DNA of 60,872 nt, filler included, from Sphacelaria rigidula (lineage: Eukaryota), in NCBI GenBank assembly GCA_964200075.2. It is 6 parts of 6 records of this genome, joined end to end, with 100 filler letters (N's around TTAATTAATTAA, not from the genome) between each part and the next. Parts side by side here need not be neighbours in the genome. Positions count along the whole stretch, not along the records: positions 10,164 to 20,226 come from CAXNAA020007224.1; positions 20,327 to 30,388 come from CAXNAA020007225.1; 4 more parts are not named here. The stretch is one strand, 5' to 3'. Of this stretch, positions 12,620-22,215 are shown piece by piece (position 1 is the first letter of the stretch; every line of letters begins with the position of its first letter). The position numbers were made by a program, and so were the translations under genes. The notes beneath the pieces are model-generated. The model saw only the letters and a list, made by a program, of their open reading frames with translations, did no database searches and was not told the DNA's origin.

Positions 12620-13108
12620 TTGCTAAGATACCGATTGACTGCTGAGCTAAACAGCCGGCGCTGACTGTTTAGCTCAGCAGTCAATCGGTATCCTAACAAA
12701 AGCTAAGTTCGGTGGGTCCGGCGCATGACCCCGAGTACTCTCACCCCACGGTTGCTATCCCTGTAACCAACGCTGTTCAGTTCAACCGGTAGACTTCGAT
12801 CCGCACCCGGTGCTCAATATCGAAGTCAAATTCTCAGTATTTTCCCGTTTCATTCGACCGCATCCTCGCGACATCGAAGAATGCTTTTGTTAAGATACCG
12901 ATTGACTGCTGAGCTAAACAGCCAGCGTTCAACCAGTAGACTTCGATCCGCACCCGGTGCTCAATATCGAAGTCAAATTCTCAGTCTTTTCCCGTTTCAT
13001 TCGACCGCATCCTCGCGACATCGAAGAATGCTTTCGCTTGCACAGGGATTCGAACCCGAGAACTTAGCTTTTGTTAAAATAAAGATTGACTGCTGAGCTA
13101 AACAGCCT
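12620..13108 (-). mobile_element. Cluster of tRNA-derived SINE copies (tandem and head-to-head)
   Basis: Minus strand 13106-13040 reads GGCTGTTTAGCTCAG...GGGTTCGAATCCC (Pol III A and B boxes). The body is duplicated near-identically at 12781-12886 and 12928-13035. A perfect 28-bp stem forms at 12627-12654/12665-12692. Confidence 0.75.
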
Positions 13109-14787
13109 GCGCTGGCTGTCTCAACCACAAACCACGACAAGACTATGGTGGCCGCCGCGCCCTGGTAGTAAAAAACTGCTGTATACAGTAGTTTTACATC
13201 TGAAATACTGCAGGAGATTTTCGTATTTTTTTCGTCGTCGGAGATACTCGGAAGTCTTTTCGCGTGCCGCCGCTCATCCCAGAAAACGTTTGATCCCAAA
13301 CTCTGCGGATCGGGAGATTCTACGCATCCCCTCCACATTCCGAAATAGAATCACATCTGCGCTCATCATTGAACGACATACGGGCTGACCGAGTTTTGGG
13401 GGTCCTGAGACTTCCCAGCCCCAGGTTGTGACTCTCGAGTATTTTTGCTCCATTGAAGCAATCCCAATCGTTTTCGTGAACGAATAAAATGATTGCTTTT
13501 TTCATATCTACCTATTTATTGCGCCAGAGTCGTAAGGCTGTGTTTATTGGACCAGTGACGTTCGATAACACCCCCCGATGAACGAGGTACTTACTCCATA
13601 TCACCCTCTCAACACCAATTTTGGATTATGTTCTGAGCGCGACCTACTTCTCTTCGCAATGTGTATCGACGCTAGGACTTAAAAGCGCCAAGGACGGATA
13701 CTACACGAGAAAATAAAAAATAAAAGTACCTGAAAACGAAAATTACGAGCTGGGCCAGCCAAGAGTAGGTGTGAATCTCGCTCAGGTGACGCACGGCGCG
13801 ATATTAGAGGTTGGACGCTGAAATTTTGACAGCAGCTTTTCATGATCGAAATGCAGAAGATCACGGGACCAGTAAATGAAAAAAGAAGAAAAGAAGTTAT
13901 GGGCATTTGAAATTTCAGCAAAAACAAGAAGATGCCAGAAGTCCAGGAAAAAAAAGAGAATCTGCAGCTGGACTCGTGAAGTATCAGTTCCTTGGGCGCA
14001 GAAGGTCTTCCTGAAATTTTAGCTCAAGACTCGTCGAATTGGGCCGTNNNNNNNNNNGGGCCGTGCGTTCAACATTTTCCGTGACGCTGCTGCACCCCTA
14101 TAAATCAAGTGATGGGAGACTCCAATTATGGAGGTCATGAGTTCGAATCCCGATAAATTCCCTTTTTTTTTCGTCCGTCGTTAAATTTATCCATTATGCA
14201 GTACATTTTTTTCATTTTTTTCTTCATTCAGCGGCAGTGCCGTGTGTCACCAGGTTGGTCTACACTTCACAGTGATATGCTTACATAGGGTTCATTCGGA
14301 AAACTGGGGAAGCTGTGGTGTGAGCAAGTTTTAGCAGCTTTTAAGCTGGCCCCAGCTCGTAGCACAGGCGGGGATGAACCAATTCAGATCACTCTCATGA
14401 ATGATTTCAGGAGCCCTTGTTTTTTATTTCAACCTTTTCAGTGCTCTAGAGCCGAAAAGAAACGTGTTTTGGACCGAAAACCGTCAATAACACCTCCTGT
14501 CAAATCAGGTCGGAAGGCGTTCAAATTTGAACGTAGAGACGGCTTTTGTTTCGGTACGTGAGGCGGATGCCTAGTACCTCCCGACTCCCAAACGTTGGAA
14601 TCCACCGCTCGCTGGGACGAGCGGTGGCGCGCGAAAATAATTTTTAAAAAATCGCCGACTACGAAAAAATTCCCCCAAAATATCCTGTTTTGCAGATGAA
14701 AAATACTAAATGTACACACAAAGATAATAAAGAATGGTCAATTTTCACTTATCCGCAAGGACGAGAGCAGCAAAATCGAACATTCGG

Positions 14788-14900
14788 TGATTTGGTTTGA
14801 TTTGATTTGATTTGATCGTCGCGCTCTAACTGACCCCGTATAAACCCAGTCGTGATCACGGGATAGACATACTCGAGACAAGACACCGATATAAGAAAAA
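14788..14900 (-). mobile_element. 5'-truncated LINE 3' end with (ATCAA)n tail
   Basis: Same terminal motif as the RTE elements at 59462 and 39945, adjoining TTTGA repeats. Confidence 0.6.
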
Positions 14901-15319
14901 ATGACGGTCTGCGGAAGCCCTGGTGCAATTATAAAATTGTACGTGTGGGTCAGGCATGTACCGTACCGGGGATGAGGTATGAGTTGATCTCTCGAGACTG
15001 CGTACTGCCGCGGACTCGTCTTGGAGAGAGGGGGGGTGCTATCAAATGTGTGACAAGCTTCGAAGAAATGTAACTGTGAATGAGCCCGTAATATGGTGTA
15101 GCTTGATGTAAACCCGTGACGCATTAGAGACCCTGAGGTGGACCGTAGGTTGATCATCAGAAATTTGCGAAAACTGACAGACTGTTGTGGTTACAAGCAA
15201 TCTTTTATTGCATGAGCTGGACGTTAGGGCTCACTGAAGACACGTTTTGTTTTCCGCACGTCCGTGGAGTCACGAATCGTACTGACCTCAAGTTCTGCGA
15301 GGCATCTCGTGAAAATGAC

Positions 15320-15733
15320 GACGAGTGTGACGTGAATCCCGAGAGTCATTACGGAGAATGATGACGGATATAACTCGAGTCCCACGAGTCAGCTCGAAAA
15401 TTAGGACGAGTATGACTCCGGTCCCACGAGTCTCCCAGGAAACTGACGAGTATGAAATGGCTACGAGTATGACTCGAGCCCCACGAGTCAGTTAAAAAAA
15501 TTAGCACGAGTGCGACCCGAGTTCCACGAGTAATTCTGGAGAATGACTAGTATGGAATAGCGACGAGTCTAACTCGAGTCCCTCGAGTCAGTTCGGAAAA
15601 TTAGGAAGACTATGATTCGAGTCCTACGAATCATTCCGGAGGATGACAACGAGTATAACTCTAGTCCCACGAGTCATTTCGGGAAAATAGTGAAGGGTAT
15701 GACTCGAGCCCCAGGAATCCTTCGGCAAAATGA
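15320..15733 (+). repeat. Degenerate ~42-bp tandem array (core GACGAGTATGACTCGAGTCCCACGAGTCA)
   Basis: About 9-10 units visible, with palindromic core GACTCGAGTC. Confidence 0.9.
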
Positions 15734-16406
15734 GGGGAATGATCGGTGACTTGGAGTCATCGGGGGGCATTTCGCGCTGGCGGTGTAGGCCTGGGTAGAG
15801 TATTTCAACCATCACCATGTCACTCTGTACAAGTCTTGAGCGATGGAATATACAGCACAGGACAACACAGCACAGTACCACACCTTACCGTACATGCATA
15901 TGGGCAACACAGATTCGACTGGCGCCCCGTAGACAAGATACGGTTGTTGTTCTTGTTGCTGTTGGCTCCAAATAGAGCCACGACGCTGCTGCTCTGACAT
16001 GGCGGTTGGAGCTACGTCTTCAGGTCGGCGATGGGTCTGCACACAGATAAAGCAGATTTGTCTGTGCTATGCCTGTGTCTACTACTGCAGAGTGATGCCG
16101 CGATCGCCCTCGCCCCCAAGCTAGCCACGAAAAGAATGAACGTACATCGTGTTATAGCTTGTCTCAGACTGCATGGAGCTCCTCCTGTTGACGACGTTGG
16201 GGAAGACTATCCCAAGAGCGGGAGTTCCCAGCTGCCCGGTGTGCTCGGCTTTTGTAAATTTTATTTCATATGTAGATTTCGCCTCGTCAAGCCAGCCACG
16301 TTTTTAGCGAGAAGGCTATCGCAGCATCACTGTTACCACAACGACTCGCAAGCAAGAACCTGAGCCAACAACGACCTTGCAAGTTCCTGTGAAACGAGGC
16401 ACTGAA

Positions 16407-16831
16407 CAGGTGATTTTACGAATTGGGGATGGGCTTTATTTTGAGGATAAGAACCCGGGGAATTATAATCTTCGTATCCACACCAAATCTCTCAAGTATA
16501 ATTCTATCCCTTCACCTACTGGTATCTATTGACAACTCTCACACGCCATTCAAATTTGGATCCGGATAACCGACATGTTGGGGTCCTAGGGGAAGAAACA
16601 AATTTGGGGAATTCAGGTGGTCCGATTGGACCCCAAAGTTGTTTTTACATCTAGGACCTCAACACTTCGGTAATCGAAATCCAAACTTCAATGGCGTGTA
16701 GTAGTTGTCAACAGCTACCCGCAAATCAAGAAATTGAACCATATTTAAAAGATTTGGTGTGGATACGAAGATTTTAATGGTCCGGGTTCTCATCCTCGAT
16801 GAAAAATCCATCCCCAATTTGTAAAATCCTG
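16407..16831. mobile_element. Foldback MITE with ~185-bp inverted arms
   Basis: 16407-16590 matches the reverse complement of 16650-16831 (e.g. AATCTTCGTATCCACACCAAATCT). The right end is CCTG|TA. Confidence 0.8.
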
Positions 16832-17094
16832 TATTACTGTCAAATCCCACTTGCCACCATAACCTGCTGGGTACAGCACTGTAGATATGAGCCGCACTAA
16901 CCACTCGCCTTTGTATAGGCGCGTGATTGATTTTTGGTGAGGTGGTCATTATCCACCCACGGCCATGCGGGAAAGTCCTCATTTTTGCTGGTTCGCGAGC
17001 TGAAGTTTTTACTATAAAGTGTTGGATGTCATGCGCATGTATCCCGAACTCCATGGAGTGGTGCATGACCGCCGCAAGATCATACATAAAAATG

Positions 17095-17370
17095 GAGAGG
17101 AGCACGACTCGTGAGTTTTGGTGGAAAATGAGGACGGGTAGGACTCGAGTCCTATGACGAGTCGTTTCCGACGAAGGAGACGAGTATGACTCGAGTCCCA
17201 TGGTGTAATTTGGCAGAGTGAGAACGAGTATGAATCTAGTTCCCTTTGACTCGAATTCCGGGAGTTATTCGGCAAGTGAGAACGAGCATGTCTGGAGGCG
17301 CATGACTCGAGTCCCACGAATCATTCGGTCAAATGAAAACGAGTACGGCTCGGGTCCCACGAGTTATGTC
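17095..17370 (+). repeat. Second array of the same ~42-bp unit
   Basis: GACGAGTATGACTCGAGTCCCA-type units, same orientation as 15320-15733. Confidence 0.85.
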
Positions 17371-17754
17371 GAAACGCAGCCGAGGTCGGGCTCGTCGTAC
17401 GCGTGTCTTTTTTTTGTCGGCAATGGTGGTCGGGAACGGAGGAGCTGCTCAGCTATTGCACAGCGGCTGAATTTACTGGCGTTAAGGATCACTGGGTGAT
17501 GGAAACAATTGACTTGATGGACGATCACACTCGGGAAGATGGGAAAAAAAAAATGTACGGTTGAGAAACCAATCACGCCTGGAAAAGGAACATAATTAGT
17601 CACGCGTTGAAAGAGCAAAATAAGTACGTACGTGGGGAAAAAATCACACCCTGGACAATGACAAGAGATCAAATTGTCACAAAGTGTATTGCGTACACTA
17701 TGGACTATCGAGGCTATTGCAATACACAGTACACACTTGTCGACAATGTAATCT

Positions 17755-17803
17755 ATGCAGTAGATGCAGTAGATGCAGTAGATGCAGTAGATGCAGTAGA
17801 CGC
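17755..17803 (+). repeat. (ATGCAGTAG)n 9-bp tandem repeat
   Basis: Five copies, flanked by direct repeats CACACTTGTCGACA/TACACTTGTCGACA. Confidence 0.9.
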
Positions 17804-17989
17804 AATAGTCGATACTGTATGCAGTACACTTGTCGACAGTGCAATCTATTGCCACTGACCAGGGTGTGGAAAGAACAGATACCGTAACCCTGCAAAGGGC
17901 GAAGAACAAAAATAACGCACTCGAACGAATTACAAGGCACTTGTTTTTCATCGGTTTTTTAATATGCCGGTGACGGATACTGGGCACAG

Positions 17990-18154
17990 GTGGAGAGAGG
18001 CAATGCAGCTGTTGGACGAACTAATCGCGGACGAGAAGAACATCATCAAGAACGACGAGCCGATGCTGGTCAGTTACAACGCTGCCATCGCTGCCTGTTC
18101 GCGAGCGCTCAAGTGGTGGTGTGCTCTCGATCTTCTGTACAAGATGGAAAGCAG
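17990..18154 (+). CDS. Pentatricopeptide repeat (PPR) protein exon, isolated
   Basis: CAG|...|GTGACC, phase 2-2. Encodes WREAMQLLDEL...PMLVSYNAAIAACSRALKWWCALDLLYKMES, a typical PPR consensus. Confidence 0.8.
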
Positions 18155-18169
18155 GTGACCTTCGTTTAT

Positions 18170-18490
18170 ACTTCTCATGCTCTCCTTCTCTTTCGTCGTC
18201 TTTCTTGTTTTCTTGTTTTCTTGTTTGTTTCTTGTTTCTTGTCTTTATTCTTTTGTCTTTTGCCTTTTGTCCTTCGTTTTTTCGTCTTTTGTCCTTTGTT
18301 TTTTGTCCTTTGTTCTTTGTTTTGTTTCTGTCCTTCTCTCTTCATTTCCTTTTCTTTTCTTTTTTCTTTCCTATCTCTTCTTTTCCTTCTCCTCTTTCCT
18401 TCTCGTCTCGTTTTTTCCCTTTTCTTGCTCTTTCTTGTGTCTTCTATTTTGTCTCAAATTTTTTCTTCGATTTTCTCTCTTTTTGATATT
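18170..18490 (+). repeat. T-rich polypyrimidine low-complexity tract
   Basis: Almost no A over about 300 bp. Confidence 0.85.
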
Positions 18491-19159
18491 GTTTCCCATG
18501 TACGACAGATCGAACATCGCGATCAACAGTGAGTTCTCTGCCTGTGAAACACGTCCCACAGGATCTGAACCCTTTTCTTGGGATACTGTATTGTCGACAA
18601 TACCCATCTCTCCCCCGGTACACGACCTGCCTCGCATTATGTTACTACATCAACGATTGGAATAGGGCCAGCACTCTCACAGCCCGTCCACTTGTTCCGT
18701 TGCTTCCCACAACAGCAACCACTCAAATCAACGACTGCTCTCGCCATCCGTACACGCTATCTCGCCCCCAGCTGGCGGACGATGTACCGGATGGAGAGCC
18801 ACGGGGGCGCGACGAGCACGTCGCCCTGTTGCTGTCGAAGTCCATAGCGAGCACGTGCAGCGTTTGGTTGATTGACTGGTGATTTGTTTGTCGCATGTTA
18901 TCTCGTCCTGGAGGAATCCATTCGGCCGTGGTTTGTCAAAGGATAGGCTCATTCCTGGCACAAATAATTTTCCAGGAAGTGTCCTGGAAAGCGGCAATAC
19001 TCGCGCCGGCATATTCGGTTGTTTCTGTTCGAACGTGCTGTGTTACGACACTCGCACCGTTTGGGTCTAATATATGCAAATATATATTTATTAAACCGTC
19101 GCCCTTTTTTTGTTGTTTTTGTCGCTATGTTGTCCTGTTGTGTGTCGCAGAAAATAATT

Positions 19160-19161
<2 letters not shown>

Positions 19162-19233
<72 letters not shown>
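19162..19233. repeat. (CA)n microsatellite
   Basis: Perfect dinucleotide run. Confidence 0.97.
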
Positions 19234-19239
<6 letters not shown>

Positions 19240-19422
19240 CGCGATATGCTGAACTAATTCAAAATATCATATCCCCAAAAATCTACGCCTGGCTCGTGCT
19301 GTGACATGTTGCAAACCAACTTCCCAGCATCGTCATCGTCCTGTCGGCCATGTAACTGGAACCATATCTTGCCTATTTTCAACAGTTTTATCATTCGTTG
19401 TTTTCTGGGGTTTGCCACCGCA

Positions 19423-19720
19423 CCCCGGGGAGCTAAATTAAAATGGTGCGGCCGACACCATCAGGGCGGGGAAAACATGCGTTCGATTCCCGCCAGGCGC
19501 ATCTAGTTTGCCATTTTTTTCTCACAAGTATCTGATGTCTTGTCGTCGAAAGCGTGACGTGCGTGAGCAGCGAAACAACTTTTTCGGCGAGAGTCCTGGC
19601 GGTGCGGGAGTGGTGCGGGCTCAATCCGCGATACCACGATGTAAGGCGTGTATTGTACCGGGGGAAAGATATGTTGATCCCTCGAGACCACGGACTCGTC
19701 CCGAGAAGGAGGGGGGAAGG
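19423..19720 (+). mobile_element. tRNA-derived SINE, second family
   Basis: B box GTTCGATTCCC. The body is collinear with the reverse complement of 30489-30750 (GAAAGCGTGA, CAATCCGCGA, GTTGATCCCT.GAGACCACGGA). A 3' fragment also lies at about 14950-15040. Confidence 0.7.
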
Positions 19721-20226
19721 GGGTGTTGAAAAGTGAGACAAAACTAAAAAAAATATGAGGGTTAGGGGTCGGGGCCCGGAGATACTGTTTTGTTATTCCG
19801 TGCTCTTCAACGTGTATGTGTGTGTGCGTGTGTGTGTTTTTTTCTCGTGTCATGTATTCGAATTCCCTCCCCATCCTTGGGCACTGTCCGCAGTGTCAAG
19901 GCATTAACCCATCTCTACCCCGGTGTAACAAGACTTTTGTGACTGCGGATTTCAATGAGCGCCCCCGCCGCACCGGGTCGAGTCTTGGCCATTTTGTTCC
20001 CCTCTCTTCGCCACGTACTCACTTCCTCCCGTTTTCAGCGATGGGTATCAGATACTTGACAGAAAAATACCCACATCCTGCAGGCATTTGCCGAGATTTG
20101 AACTCTTGATCTTCCTCTGTAGCAGATTTCAGTTGTATTCGGGTAAGATGCCGGGGTGTGTGTATACGTCTTGATCGACCGCGGAAACACATATCGATGT
20201 ATTCGGGGGGGGGGGTGTACTCATGA

Positions 20227-20326
20227 NNNNNNNNNNNNNNNNNNNNNNNNNNNNNNNNNNNNNNNNNNNNTTAATTAATTAANNNNNNNNNNNNNNNNNN
20301 NNNNNNNNNNNNNNNNNNNNNNNNNN
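20227..20326. other. Artificial scaffold-joining linker
   Basis: Same 44N-TTAATTAATTAA-44N structure. Confidence 0.98.
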
Positions 20327-20344
20327 CTAGAGGTGAGAGGCACT

Positions 20345-20890
20345 CATAAGGAGGGGGGGGAATATATTGAGCGTTTCCGGGATCTGGCGGTACATCTTTC
20401 AATGGCGCCTGCGAACATCAAACCCACCATACTTATTCCAATGCACTATCCAATCTGCATACTGAATCGATATATATATATATATATATTGCTACACCAG
20501 TATGTATTGTGACCGTCGGTTTTCTTGTGAATTGTGCGTCCAATATATAGTAGACGTATTGAAGCACGACATATTGCGGCAGTAATATATATTGGTGCTT
20601 CGGGTGTTGAGTATATTGAATCGTCAATATATGTTGACCTCGGGTAGAAGCCAAGATATTACTGGACAACTACATATTGGCGCCACACCGCACCAACATA
20701 TTCCTCGGCCAATATATACATTGAGGTGACGCATGTCGTGATATATTGTTCGGTCGATATAAACTGCATGTCGCGAGCCTTGACATATTGATGGCACAAC
20801 GTATCTTGACTCTTCTCTCGCGCCATCATATTGCTCGCCCAACATATATTGACCACCCGACACGTCAACATATTGAGCGGGCAATAAGTA
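20345..20890. repeat. Array of short (CAA)YATATTG motifs with variable spacers, probable hAT subterminal region
   Basis: More than 15 ATATTG/CAATAT motifs, preceded by TAAGGAGGGGGGGG, which resembles the CAGGGAGGG terminus at 38532. Confidence 0.55.
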
Positions 20891-21090
20891 TGTGACTAAT
20901 CCATATCACGTTTTCACCACTTTTGCCGAGTTTTCATCGGCGGCAAGGTATTTTTTCCCGCGCTTACTTCGCGCACGAAGAAGGCTCGGCGGTACATTAC
21001 CGTTCAGGTTTGGGTGTCATCTGATACCTGTGGAGCGTGTTCTGGCCACCACAAGTCGCTCAGACTGGCCCCTTTTCGCGGGGCGTCGAT

Positions 21091-21188
21091 CCCAAACCAC
21101 GAAAGCCTTTTCAAGATCATGGAAAACTTCAAAACAGGAACCCAAACCACATAAGCCTTCTGAAGATCATAGAAAACTTCAAACAGGA
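21091..21188 (+). repeat. 50-bp tandem duplication
   Basis: CCCAAACCAC...AAGATCAT.GAAAACTTCAAA x2. Confidence 0.9.
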
Positions 21189-22149
21189 TTACTTTTGGCG
21201 TGATATTTTTTTCCCGTGTTTCTTCTTGTCGCATTCTCGTGTGTTCGGTAGGACGAGCACACCGGTTATGCCGCCAATGTCACGAGAACATGGGAACAAA
21301 GCAGTTGAAAACTATTGAGCATTGCCTTGGCCTTAGTCAGCACCAAACACAACACCGTGCCGTGGGCCGTTGGCGAGTTGACAAGGCACAGCAGCACGGC
21401 AGCACAGGAATATTTTGCCGCAAAAAACAATAAAAAAAGGCCCGGTGATGTGGAAGCCACAGTGACGTGCAAATAACATGCCAGGAATGTTCCACGCATT
21501 CCAATTTGTCGGGGAAGTACCCCTCGCTGTGATGTCGCACTCTGGCACCTTCGGTAACACCACACATGTCCTAAACCGGCGGTTCCGCCGTCGGCCTCCG
21601 TCCGAATTCCCATATTTCCGAACGACATACGATGACACATGCAATGTTTCGTACAGCCACGATCACTACTGTACATGGAGATACAACAGCCTCTCTTGAC
21701 CGTATATTTTCGACTTGCGTCACCCTCGGGAGGCCCGTAACAACCTCACGAAGGGGAACCTTGTGTTACATCTTGTCTTGTCCAGGGTGTGGACTGTGTC
21801 AACCGAACAAGAAAAGTGAGAACGTGCCGTGAGGGTGAGAATGATTTTGGCGTATTTCATCATTTCTTCTTCTTCTGGCTTCGCCTTATCAGCTCTCAAC
21901 CAATCGGAAGGGCAAAAACAAAAAAAGCCAGAATGAGCATCACTCTCCAGCACGCTCTCATTTTCCTTGTGTCGTTAAAACGGGCCCTTACTGATCCGAC
22001 ACCGAGTCACCCCACGAGACCTCCAACTCAACAGAACTTCAAATGTTCTCTAGCGTGCATACATGAAATTGTGTAGGGATGTTGATAAAATTTACTGGCT
22101 AGTATTCACTCAACACTCAGCCTAAGGAATGTGAGACGTTCGAGCTGTT

Positions 22150-22150
22150 T

Positions 22151-22205
<55 letters not shown>
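22150..22205. repeat. (TTG)n microsatellite
   Basis: Perfect trinucleotide run. Confidence 0.95.
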
Positions 22206-22215
22206 CGTCTTCACA

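Noticed and set aside
13040..13106. Genuine tRNA gene (also B-box hits near 14140, 19480, 20095, 30370, 30690)
   Set aside because: No complete cloverleaf can be formed, and most are attached to repeated SINE bodies.
16595..16650. Trypsin-like GNSGGP motif
   Set aside because: It sits in the loop of a foldback MITE, a stop follows within 10 codons and no His/Asp motifs are present.
15320..17370. CRISPR-like array (palindromic repeat plus short variable part)
   Set aside because: The spacers resemble each other (TTCGGAAAATTAG-like), the repeats are degenerate, the context is eukaryotic and no cas-like ORF is present.
17990..18665. Long Phe/Leu-rich membrane-protein-like ORFs (also 38664-39158, 40669-41097, 59432-59920)
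   Set aside because: They are translations of T-rich low-complexity DNA.
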